Source: Candidatus Limnocylindrales bacterium (GTDB taxonomy: Bacteria; Chloroflexota; Limnocylindria; Limnocylindrales; CSP1-4). Taken from it: DNA of 64,000 bases. Below are positions 1-8,435 of the stretch, one piece after another (the first letter of the stretch is position 1; each line of letters starts with the position of its first letter). The DNA is taken from contig JBBRCU010000011.1 of assembly GCA_038204565.1 (NCBI GenBank), forward strand, positions 1,511 to 65,510, in the 5' to 3' direction. Under the pieces are notes generated by a model. The model was not told the origin of the DNA. It did no database searches and worked only from the letters and a program-made list of their open reading frames with translations. A program made the translations under genes and the position numbers.

Positions 1-258
1 GCGAGCGCCGGCGACGGCGCCATCTTCGAGCGTTACGCCGACGAGATCCGATCCATCCGGAACCTCCGCCTTGCCCAGCTCGACGAAGAGACCGCGATCG
101 ACGCGGCGTGGGGGCGGAGCAACGACCGGGATCTTGGCGATGCCGTCCACGTCGCAACGGCGAAGCACCTGAGCGCGACCGCCTTCGTCACGAACGACCG
201 GCGCGTCCGGCCGCGATCAGGTGTCGAGATCGTCCTCCTGGAAGCGATCACCGCCTGA
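1..258 (+). CDS. PIN-domain (VapC-like) toxin, C-terminal fragment cut by the window edge
   Basis: Frame +1 is open from base 1 to TGA at 256-258. The translation ...NDRDLGDAVHVATAKHLSATAFVTNDRRVRP... resembles the C-terminal acidic-residue region of PIN nucleases. It is absent from the ORF track because no start codon lies in the window. Confidence 0.5.
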   Translation, partial: ASAGDGAIFERYADEIRSIRNLRLAQLDEETAIDAAWGRSNDRDLGDAVHVATAKHLSATAFVTNDRRVRPRSGVEIVLLEAITA

Positions 259-374
259 CCGTCTGCGGCCCGCGCCGGTTGCGCCATCCGGGCCATGACT
301 GACGGGTGACTGACCCGCCGTCCGTCGGCGATGATGATCCCCGGACCACGCAACTTGCCAGGGGAAGGGAACTC

Positions 375-899
375 ATGCGTCTCCGGATCGCCAGCCTCGC
401 CGCCATCGTCGTGCTCGTCGCCGCGTGCGTTGGCAGCGCCGCCACCGCCACGCCCAAGGGCAACGCGACGCCCGCCGGTGGTCAGCCGTCGGCCGCGGCG
501 GGTGCGACCACGAAGGCGGCCGGGAACGGCACGGTCGACTGCACGAAGATCAAGGCCGCTGTCGTGGAGCTCCTCTCCCTCCAGCTCCTCGCCCAGTTGA
601 AAACCCCGGAGAACGTCGAGTCCATCCGGACCAAGCAGATCGGCAACCTCGACATCGACACGTTCCTCGCCGCTCTCCACGACCTCCACGCCCTCGATGG
701 GTCGGCGTCGCCGCTCGGCGACCCGAAGGCCGCGATCGACTTCTACGAGAAAGCCGGCAACGCCGCAAAGGTTCTGTTCGCGACGAAGCCCGTGACCCAG
801 GCCGCGATCGACACCTACGACCAGAACGTCGGCACGGTCGGCGACTTCCTCAGCAAGCAGATCGCGATCTCCGGGGCGATCGACGCGGCCCACTGCTGA
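375..899 (+). CDS. Secreted lipoprotein, unknown function
   Basis: ATG at 375 is preceded by GGGGAAGGGA. The N-terminus MRLRIASLAAIVVLVAAC has a lipobox-like L-V-A-A-C followed by an Ala/Thr/Gly-rich linker. GC3 is high. Confidence 0.6.
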   Translation: MRLRIASLAAIVVLVAACVGSAATATPKGNATPAGGQPSAAAGATTKAAGNGTVDCTKIKAAVVELLSLQLLAQLKTPENVESIRTKQIGNLDIDTFLAALHDLHALDGSASPLGDPKAAIDFYEKAGNAAKVLFATKPVTQAAIDTYDQNVGTVGDFLSKQIAISGAIDAAHC

Positions 900-1190
900 C
901 CCGGAGGCGTTCCTGGCGGCCGCCGTGCACACACGGTGTGCATATGCGACATCCGATGCAACCGTCTGAGCCGTAACCGGCCCGGGACGCCCCCGATTCG
1001 GCCCGCTGTGCACGCGCGATGTGCATCAACGGCAAGATCGGGGCCTGGGTAGGGTCGAAAGGGGCGCATGTGCATGCCTCGTGTGCCCGGTCGCGATCAG
1101 CGACGTCGAGTGGCGCCCCGCCCCGGGTCTGCCGTCGCGCGACCCGGGACGCGCGGCGCGGGCGAGCGGCCGGCCGGTCATCCTCGGGCG

Positions 1191-2378
1191 GTGGACCTGA
1201 CCCTCACCACCGTCCAGCTCGAGCTCCAGGCGCGCGCCCGCGCCTACGTCGTCGACGTCCTCCAGCCGGTCGAGGCCGAGTTCGAGCGGTCCGGCGGCCG
1301 GCTCCCGGCCGGGACCCGCGACGCGCTGAAACGCGCGGCGATCGACGCGCGGCTGCACGGCGGCTCGTTCCCGCGCGAGCTCGGCGGCCAGGGTTGGACC
1401 GTCCTCGAGCAGGTGATCGTCCACGAGCAGCTCGGCCAGGCGACCGGCGGCCTCTGGTCGTTCATCCCGGGCGCCTACAACGCCCTGATCCATGCGGACG
1501 CCGAGCAGCGCCGGCGGTACCTGGAGCCGAGCATGCGTGGCGAGCGTTTCGGGAGCTACGCGATCACGGAGCCGAACGCGGGCTCCGACGCCCGCACCCT
1601 CGAGGCGACGGCCGTCCGCGACGAGTCCACCGGCGACTTCGTCCTGAACGGCGAGAAGTGGTTCGTGACCGGGCCCCCGGACGAGACGGACTTCATGATC
1701 TTCCACTGCCTCGTCGTCGACGAGAGCGGCTTCCAGGAGCCCGAGCCGACTCTCTTCCTGATCGACTACGGCACGCCGGGCATGACGATGAAGCACGATC
1801 CGGACTACACCCACACGTTCGCCGACCGGCACCCCCAGTTCGTCCTCGATGACGTCCGGGTCCCTGCGTCGGCGATCCTCGGCGGCCTCGGCAACGCCGA
1901 CTCGCTCACCAACGAGTGGTTCGTGGAGGAGCGGATCCATATCGGCGCGCGCTGCGCGGGGGCGATGGAGCGGCTGCTCGGCCTGGCGGTCGAATGGGCG
2001 ATCGGCCGGGTCCAGTTCGGGCAGCGGATCTATGACTTCCAGGGCGTGTCGGTCCCGCTCGCCGACTCCGCGGCGGACGCTGCGGCGGCCCGCCTCCTCA
2101 CCCGCGAGGCCGCCGCCCTCGCCGACGGAGGCGCGGATCCAAAGGTCGTCCACGCCAAGGCGTCGCTCGCCAAGCTCTTCGCGTCCGAGGCCGCCTGGCG
2201 TTGTGCCGACCGGGTCGTCCAGGTCTTCGGCGGCCGCGGCTACATGCGCGAGTTCCCCGCCGAGCGCTACCTCCGCGAACTCCGGGTCGATCGGATCTGG
2301 GAGGGGACCTCGGAGATCCAGCGGATGATCGTCGCCCGGGCGCTCGAGAAGCGCGGGGTCGGGCGGGTCGTCGGGTGA
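1191..2378 (+). CDS. Acyl-CoA dehydrogenase
   Basis: ACAD motifs YAITEPNAGSDA and RIWEGTSEIQRMIVAR are present. The start is probably GTG 1191; the ORF is open from 1068 but that extension is Arg/Pro-rich. The stop overlaps the next gene's start (GTGA). Confidence 0.9.
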   Translation: MDLTLTTVQLELQARARAYVVDVLQPVEAEFERSGGRLPAGTRDALKRAAIDARLHGGSFPRELGGQGWTVLEQVIVHEQLGQATGGLWSFIPGAYNALIHADAEQRRRYLEPSMRGERFGSYAITEPNAGSDARTLEATAVRDESTGDFVLNGEKWFVTGPPDETDFMIFHCLVVDESGFQEPEPTLFLIDYGTPGMTMKHDPDYTHTFADRHPQFVLDDVRVPASAILGGLGNADSLTNEWFVEERIHIGARCAGAMERLLGLAVEWAIGRVQFGQRIYDFQGVSVPLADSAADAAAARLLTREAAALADGGADPKVVHAKASLAKLFASEAAWRCADRVVQVFGGRGYMREFPAERYLRELRVDRIWEGTSEIQRMIVARALEKRGVGRVVG

Positions 2379-4651
2379 TCCGGCGCGAGACGGCCGAGCC
2401 CGACGCCGGCGCAGCGGCGCCCGAGTCGATCGAGGTCGACCCGCCGCCGATCGACCTCCGCCGGCTCTTCGCGCCGCGCTCGATCGCGGTCGTGGGCGCG
2501 TCCGCCCGGGGCGGCATCGCCCAGACTGTCCGGAACAACCTGCGGGTCCTCGGCAGCGAGACTCGCTGCCACTTCGTCAACCCGCGCTACGACGAGCTCG
2601 ACGGCCAGCCATGCTATCCGTCGATCGCGGCGTTGCCGGAGGTACCCGACGCGGTCGTCGTCGCGGTCAACCCGCTCCGCGCCGCGTCGGTCGTCGCCGC
2701 GGCCGCTGCGGCCGGGGTCGGGGCCGTCGTCATTCCGGGCGGCGGCGTCGTCGAGGGCGGCGCGGCGGCGGCGCAGATGCAGCGCGACGTGCGCGAGCTC
2801 GCGATCCGCCACGGGATTGCCCTCCTCGGCCCGAACTGCATGGGCCTCGTCGACCTCACGACCAACAGCGCGACGTACATCGGGGACGTCAACCCGTGGC
2901 AGCCGCGCGGCGGCGTGGCGGGGATCGCCCAGTCCGGCTCGGTGACCGACGCCTTCATTCATTCGGGCAGCCGGATCGGGTTCTCGCGGATCGTCGGCTG
3001 CGGCAGCGAGGTCGTCCTCGACGTCTGCGACTTCCTCGCCCACGCGATCGACGACGACGAGACCGAGGCCGTGATCCTCTTCGTCGAGGGGTTCAAGCGG
3101 CCCGAGCGGTTCCTCGCCCTCGCCGACCGGGCGCTCGAGATCGGCAAGCCGGTGATGGCGGTGAAGGTCGGCCGGAGCCGCCAGGCCCAGGCCGCCGCGA
3201 TCGCCCACTCCGGGTCCCTCGCCGGCGAGGCGCGCGCGACGGACGCGGCCCTCGCCGCCGCCGGGGTGATCGTCTGCGACGACCTCGACCGCCTGCTCGA
3301 GACCGCCGAGCTCGTCTCCGGCTGCCGCCGCGTTGGCCGCCGGGTAGGGCGGGGGAGGACCGGCGTCGTCACCGTCTCGACCGGCGAGGCGTCGCTCATC
3401 GCCGACCTCGCGCCGCGGACCGGGATCGACCTGCCGGACGTGCCGGCGAGCGCCCGGGCCGCGCTCCTCGCCGATCTGCCGACCCTCGCCTACATCGGCA
3501 ACCCGCTCGATCCGTGGGGCGCGACCGATCCGCCGACCGCCTACGCCGCGGCGTTCGAGGCGTTCGCCGCGTCGGGCGCATACGACGTCCTCGCCCTCGT
3601 CCACGACTTTCCGTACCGCTCCCTGCCGTCGGAAGTCGAGACGGCCCTCGAGGTGACGGCCTCGCTCTGCGACGCGACGCGCGACCGGCCGGACCTCCTG
3701 CCGGTGTACGTCTCCCTGACATCCGGTGAGCCGACTCCGGAGATCGTGGCAGCGATGAGCGCCGCCGGCGGCGGACCCGTCCTGCGAGGAGCGATGGAAG
3801 CGTTCGGCGCGATCGCCGCGGTCGCCCGCTGGGAGGCCCGCAACGCCGGCCGGCGCCGCGCCGGACCCGTCCGGCCGAGCTGGCCGCAGCTGGCCGCCGA
3901 CCGCACCCTGCTCGGCCACGACCCGTCCGTTCCGGAGCTGCTGGACGCGTTCGCACTGACCGCGCCAACGGTCGGACGCGGCGCGATGTCGCGTGCCCTG
4001 CCCGAGGTCGAGAGCCTCGCCCAGCTCACCGCGGCGGGGATTCCGGTCGTGGACCAGGCGCGGGTCGCCGACGCGGACGAAGCCGTCGCGGCCGCGGCGG
4101 GGTTCGGCGGCCCGGCCGTCGTCAAGCTCGACCTCGTCGGGACCGACCACAAGACCGAGCTCGGCGGCGTCCGCACGGGCTTGATCGGCGATGCCGCCGT
4201 CCGGCGCGCCGCCGAGGACCTCTTGGCGCTCGAACTGCCGCGCGGCATCGTCCGGCGCGGCCTTCTCGTTGCCCGCCAGTTCGACGGGGTGGAGCTCATC
4301 CTCGGCGGCCGACGCGACCCGACGTTCGGGCCGATCGTCCTCGCCGGTCTCGGCGGGATCCTCGCGGAGGCCCTCGACGACGTCGCGATCCGGCTTGCCC
4401 CCGTTCATGCCGACGACGCGGCCGCGATGCTCGACGAGCTGCGCGGAGCGGCGATCCTCGACGGCGTCCGGGGGAGGCCCGGCATCAACCGGGCGGCGGT
4501 CGTCGACACCATCGTCCGGCTCGGCCTGCTGCTCGCCGAGCGTCCGGAGATCGTCGAGGTCGACTGCAACCCCGTGATCTCGGGCCCCGGTGGCACCGCG
4601 GCGGTCGATGGCCTGATCGTGGTTTGCGGCGAGGCGGACGTGGTCGGATGA
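2375..4651 (+). CDS. ADP-forming acyl-CoA synthetase family (CoA-binding + succinyl-CoA-synthetase-like + ATP-grasp domains)
   Basis: N-terminal CoA-binding motif RSIAVVGAS, then LGPNCMG and GIAQSGS, and a C-terminal ATP-grasp-like region (AVVKLD...TELGGV). GTG 2375 overlaps the upstream stop codon. Confidence 0.85.
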   Translation: MIRRETAEPDAGAAAPESIEVDPPPIDLRRLFAPRSIAVVGASARGGIAQTVRNNLRVLGSETRCHFVNPRYDELDGQPCYPSIAALPEVPDAVVVAVNPLRAASVVAAAAAAGVGAVVIPGGGVVEGGAAAAQMQRDVRELAIRHGIALLGPNCMGLVDLTTNSATYIGDVNPWQPRGGVAGIAQSGSVTDAFIHSGSRIGFSRIVGCGSEVVLDVCDFLAHAIDDDETEAVILFVEGFKRPERFLALADRALEIGKPVMAVKVGRSRQAQAAAIAHSGSLAGEARATDAALAAAGVIVCDDLDRLLETAELVSGCRRVGRRVGRGRTGVVTVSTGEASLIADLAPRTGIDLPDVPASARAALLADLPTLAYIGNPLDPWGATDPPTAYAAAFEAFAASGAYDVLALVHDFPYRSLPSEVETALEVTASLCDATRDRPDLLPVYVSLTSGEPTPEIVAAMSAAGGGPVLRGAMEAFGAIAAVARWEARNAGRRRAGPVRPSWPQLAADRTLLGHDPSVPELLDAFALTAPTVGRGAMSRALPEVESLAQLTAAGIPVVDQARVADADEAVAAAAGFGGPAVVKLDLVGTDHKTELGGVRTGLIGDAAVRRAAEDLLALELPRGIVRRGLLVARQFDGVELILGGRRDPTFGPIVLAGLGGILAEALDDVAIRLAPVHADDAAAMLDELRGAAILDGVRGRPGINRAAVVDTIVRLGLLLAERPEIVEVDCNPVISGPGGTAAVDGLIVVCGEADVVG

Positions 4652-5487
4652 CGGATGGCGACCCGATCCTCCTGCGCGAGCCGGCCCCGTGGGGGGTGCG
4701 GCTGGTCCTGAACCGTCCGGCGAAGCTGAATGCGATCAGCGCAGAGCTCCGCGACGCGCTCAGCGCGGCGATCGCCGAGGCCACCGCCGACGAGCGGGTC
4801 CGGGTCATCGTCATCGCCGGTGCCGGACGTGCGTTCTGCGCGGGCTACGACCTGTCCGAGGCCGCGCCGGCGACGGCCTGGGACTGGCGCGACGTCCTCG
4901 CCCGTGACGTCGAGGCGACGCTCGCGGTCTGGTCGTGCCCAAAACCCGTCATCGCCCAGGTGCATGGATATGCATTGGCCGGCGGGCTCGAGCTGGCGAT
5001 GGCCTGCGACCTGATCGTTGCCGCCGCCGACGCCCAGCTCGGCGAGCCGGAGATCCGCTTTGGCTCGGCACCCGTCACCCTGCTGTTGCCGTTCGTCATC
5101 GGCCAGAAGCGGACCCGCGAGCTCCTCCTGACCGGAGACCTGATCGATGCCGTCGAGGCCGAACGGATCGGCCTGATCAATCGGGCGGTCCCCGGCGACC
5201 GTCTGACCGACGAGGTCGATGCCCTCGCCGAGAAGCTCGCCCGGGTGCCGCCCGATGTCATGGCGCCGACCAAGTTGATGCTCAACCGGGCCATGGATGC
5301 CGCCGGTTTCGCGGCCGCCGTGGAGCTCGGGCTCGATCTCCAGTCATTCGTCAACATGAGCGCGACGGCCCGGGAATTCGACGGGATCGTCCGGCGCGAC
5401 GGGCTGAAGGCGGCGCTCGCCTGGCGTGACGAGCGCTACGACGAGCGGCTCGCCGAGGGCGGCCGGAGCCGCCCGCCGGCGTCCTGA
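4648..5487 (+). CDS. Enoyl-CoA hydratase/isomerase (crotonase family)
   Basis: Crotonase motifs VIAGAGRAFCAGYDL and GYALAGGLELAMACD. ATG 4648 overlaps the upstream TGA (ATGA). Confidence 0.9.
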   Translation: MTDGDPILLREPAPWGVRLVLNRPAKLNAISAELRDALSAAIAEATADERVRVIVIAGAGRAFCAGYDLSEAAPATAWDWRDVLARDVEATLAVWSCPKPVIAQVHGYALAGGLELAMACDLIVAAADAQLGEPEIRFGSAPVTLLLPFVIGQKRTRELLLTGDLIDAVEAERIGLINRAVPGDRLTDEVDALAEKLARVPPDVMAPTKLMLNRAMDAAGFAAAVELGLDLQSFVNMSATAREFDGIVRRDGLKAALAWRDERYDERLAEGGRSRPPAS

Positions 5488-5813
5488 TCTGACCGAATCA
5501 GGCCCGCGGCGATCATCCGGCCCACACCCGGAGCGGTGCGGGCGAGCCTCGAGATTTGCGACAGCGGACCACCCCTCCTCGACCGGTTCCGCACCCGACT
5601 GGCTGGGACCAAGGTACGGGTTCGGCTGGTCCCGTAGTCCCGTAGCGACCTACGTCGTCTGCAGCGTTCACTCCCTACGAACGGCGTCACCCGTTCGGGC
5701 ATCGCGAGACCCATCGCCCGACCGGGCCGAACGTCTTCGGGGGCCGTCGAGCATCCGCTACGGACCGGAAGGTCCAGGCCTCAGTCCACGAATCGGGAAA
5801 GGGATCGCGCCAC

Positions 5814-6404
5814 ATGGACACCCAGCTCACCGAGCGCCAGACCGAGCGGCGCCGCAAGCGCCGTCGCGGGATCGTCGCCCTGCTCGGGGCCGTCGCGGTC
5901 CTCACGATCGGGGCGGGCTCGATCTCGCTCGCGCAGTTCACCGACAGCGCGACCTCGACCTGGGCCTTCACGACCGGAACGATCGATGTGAACACCAGTC
6001 CGGCCATCCTGACCGCAGTCAGCGGCATGATGCCTGGCGGTTCCTCGACGCAGGCCCTGACGGTCGCGAATGCCGGCACCGGCGACCTCCGCTACGCGAT
6101 CTCCGTCGCGGCAACGAACACCCTCGGGACGCAGCTCCAGCTGACGATCAAGACCCAGGACGGCGGCGGCGGATGCGCGGCATTCACCGGGACCTCGGTC
6201 CTGGCCGCGACGACCCTCAATGGCGCCGCCGTCGGCAGCTCCGCCCAGGGCGCGAACGTCGGTGATCGGAACCTGACCGCGGGCACCAGCGAGGTGCTCT
6301 GCTTCCGGGTCAGCCTGCCGCTCTCGACCGGCAACGCGTTTCAGGGCGTCAGCTCTGCGGCAACGTTCACCTTCGACGCCGAGCAGACCGCCAACAACCC
6401 GTAA
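5814..6404 (+). CDS. TasA/camelysin-like secreted protein with a SipW-dependent-type signal peptide
   Basis: Basic N-terminus (RRRKRRRG), a hydrophobic core, then SLAQFTDSATSTWAFTTGTIDV. This matches the TasA-type junction (AxFxD...F..GTLDL). The rest is Thr/Ala/Gly-rich and beta-rich. RBS GGGAAAGGGA lies upstream. Confidence 0.7.
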   Translation: MDTQLTERQTERRRKRRRGIVALLGAVAVLTIGAGSISLAQFTDSATSTWAFTTGTIDVNTSPAILTAVSGMMPGGSSTQALTVANAGTGDLRYAISVAATNTLGTQLQLTIKTQDGGGGCAAFTGTSVLAATTLNGAAVGSSAQGANVGDRNLTAGTSEVLCFRVSLPLSTGNAFQGVSSAATFTFDAEQTANNP

Positions 6405-6571
6405 TCCGCGTTCACCGGCTGCGCCACCGGCTGCGGCTCGTCCTGGGGGGGGCGAGCCGCAGCCGGGTCCTTCCCGCCTCGATCGATTGCGGGTGATGCC
6501 CGCCCTGGCGTCATGGACGGCAGCCCACCTGATCGGTGGGCGCAGCCTCGGGAGCCTGGAGGAAGTCATCG

Positions 6572-7393
6572 ATGAGGATCCTCGCCGGCGCCGCAACCGC
6601 GCTTCGCCGGATCGTCGACCTCGGCCTCGTCGTCCTGATCGTCGTTGTCCTGCTCGGGGTGATCCTGGGCAAGGGCGCCCCGCTCGTCGGCCGTCAGTCG
6701 ATCGTGATCGGCGGCGGATCGATGGAGCCGACGCTCGGGCTCGGCGCGGCGATCCTCGTCAAGCCGGCTGATCCGGCTTCGCTTGCCGTCGGCGACATCG
6801 TTTCGTTGCGGGTCGGGCCGGAGCAGACCACCTACACCCACCGGATCGTCGCGGTCATCGACCGCGCCGACGGGCGCTGGATCCGGACGAAGGGCGACGC
6901 GAACGCGGCCCCCGATCCATCCCTCGTCCCGGTATCTGCGGTCATCGGGCGGGTCGAGCTCGCGATCCCGTTGGCAGGCTACCTGCTAGCGCTGCTGTCG
7001 TTGCCCGTCGGCGTGATGTTCGTCCTGGGCCTCGCTGCCACCCTGCTGGCGGTTGCCTGGCTGCTCGAATCCCTCGAGCTCGAGCCGCGCGCCGCCCGCC
7101 CGGCGAGCGCCGGCGATCCGCCGCCGGTCGAGTCGCCCGCCCGACCAGGAGCCGTGGCGCTGCGGCCCGATCTCCTCGATGGCGAGCCGATCGCGTTGCG
7201 CCCGACCGGCGCGATCGAGCGGGGCTTCGCGGTTGGCACCTGGGTGTACGCGACGCCATTCGCCGCACCGGCCATGCAGCAGTCGCCGGCCAGACCGACG
7301 GTCCGCGCTCAGATCCAGCGGAGCCGCGAGGTTCGTCAGCGACGCGCTCGCTGGCAGCTGGGCCAGGCGCAGGACCGCCGCGCGGTCGACTGA
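6572..7393 (+). CDS. sipW: Signal peptidase I, ER/archaeal (SipW/Sec11) type, with a long C-terminal tail
   Basis: Boxes GGGSMEPTL (Ser), YTHRIVAV (His) and TKGDAN are present. There are N- and C-terminal TM segments. GGAGGAAG RBS sits 8 nt before ATG 6572. About 110 aa of Pro/Ala/Arg-rich tail follows the second TM. Confidence 0.8.
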   Translation: MRILAGAATALRRIVDLGLVVLIVVVLLGVILGKGAPLVGRQSIVIGGGSMEPTLGLGAAILVKPADPASLAVGDIVSLRVGPEQTTYTHRIVAVIDRADGRWIRTKGDANAAPDPSLVPVSAVIGRVELAIPLAGYLLALLSLPVGVMFVLGLAATLLAVAWLLESLELEPRAARPASAGDPPPVESPARPGAVALRPDLLDGEPIALRPTGAIERGFAVGTWVYATPFAAPAMQQSPARPTVRAQIQRSREVRQRRARWQLGQAQDRRAVD

Positions 7394-7396
7394 ACG

Positions 7397-8338
7397 ATGG
7401 CGACCCGCCGCTCTGCAGGCATCGCTGCCGTCGTGGTCCTCGTTCCGGTCCTCCTTTGCATGTCGACGGCCACCACCCTTGCCCGGCTCGTAGACACCGC
7501 GGCGAGCACGGTGGCCATCACGACGGACACGCTCGATCCGCCGGCCACGCTCGCTGCGACGGGCGGTTCGAGCGCGACCCTGACGTGGACGGCGACGACC
7601 GACACCTATGCGACCGGATATGAGCTCCAGCGGGCGACGGTCTCCGGCGGTCCCTACGGCCTCGTCACGACCATCACACCGCGGACCACGCTGACGACGA
7701 ACGACGCCCCTGGCTCCAGCGGCACGTACTACTACGTGCTTCGCTCCGTATTCCAGAATTGGCGGAGCGTCGACAGCAATCAAGCGTCGGCGACCATCTC
7801 GCTTGCGCCCACAACGACCGGATTCAAGGACTGTACGACCGCGTCGAACAGCGCCGATACCGGCGGCGACGGCGACGGCTACGAATCGCTTCCCGCCAAC
7901 GGTTGCGTGACGGACGGATCACTGGCGACCGATGCGAACAGCGGCACGAACAGCAGCCTGGTCTGCACCGACGCCGGCAAGGACCGTCACCGCTTCTGGG
8001 GCTACAGCCTCGGAGTCCCGGCCACCGTCTCCGCGGTCGGCGGGATCCAGGTCCGGGTGGACATGGGACTCAACAACAATGGCGGCACGAGCCAGGTCTG
8101 CGCCGAGCTCTCGGGTGATGGCGGGACGACCTGGACCGCGCCCAAGTCGATCGCCGTCACCAGCGTCGGCGTGACAACCTACACGCTCGGCGCGCCAAAC
8201 GACACCTGGGGCCGAGCGTGGCTCGGCTCGGAGTTCTCGAACGCCAATTTCCGGGTCCGCCTGATCGACGTCTCGGATCGGACCACGAAGAAGTTCCGGC
8301 TCGACGGACTCGCGGTCCAAGTGACGTACACGCCGTAA
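7397..8338 (+). CDS. Second SipW-type cargo: TasA-like signal junction + Fn3-like domain + Cys-containing C-terminal domain
   Basis: The N-terminus ...TTLARLVDTAASTVAITTDTLD repeats the junction motif of 5814-6404. Next comes an Fn3-like segment (ATLTWTATTDTYATGYELQR...YYYVLRSV). The C-terminal domain is unassigned. The start is 4 nt after the peptidase stop. Confidence 0.6.
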   Translation: MATRRSAGIAAVVVLVPVLLCMSTATTLARLVDTAASTVAITTDTLDPPATLAATGGSSATLTWTATTDTYATGYELQRATVSGGPYGLVTTITPRTTLTTNDAPGSSGTYYYVLRSVFQNWRSVDSNQASATISLAPTTTGFKDCTTASNSADTGGDGDGYESLPANGCVTDGSLATDANSGTNSSLVCTDAGKDRHRFWGYSLGVPATVSAVGGIQVRVDMGLNNNGGTSQVCAELSGDGGTTWTAPKSIAVTSVGVTTYTLGAPNDTWGRAWLGSEFSNANFRVRLIDVSDRTTKKFRLDGLAVQVTYTP

Positions 8339-8345
8339 CGGACCG

Positions 8346-8363
8346 GTCGGCTGATTGGCCGAC
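8346..8363. terminator. Small hairpin right after the 7397-8338 stop (possible terminator)
   Basis: GTCGGC (8346-8351) pairs with GCCGAC (8358-8363) around a 6-nt loop. A second GC hairpin, CCCGGC-CAT-GCCGGG, lies at 8390-8404 between the convergent genes. There is no U-tract. Confidence 0.25.
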
Positions 8364-8435
8364 ATGCCGCAGAGAGAAGAGGCCCGGGACCCGGCCATGC
8401 CGGGAGCCCGGGGCCCGCCGTCCTGGCGCGACTCG

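Noticed and set aside
1-258. A toxin-antitoxin or mobile-element boundary at the left edge (PIN fragment).
   Set aside because: Only the toxin C-terminus is visible. The antitoxin and any flanking mobile genes would lie outside the window, and there are no integrase, transposase or direct repeats inside it.
2267-4408. Very long antisense ORFs in the track: 2267-4408(-), 12187-14172(+), 14064-15356(+), 20689-22680(+), 22274-23668(+), 25011-26999(+), 40721-42472(+), 46103-47410(-), 46695-48044(-), 50145-51620(+), 56477-57826(+), 60801-62186(+).
   Set aside because: Their translations are dominated by Arg/Pro/Gly/Asp runs with no recognisable motifs. Each lies opposite a gene with clear family signatures and high third-position GC. 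Stop-poor shadow frames like these are expected in DNA of about 70% GC.
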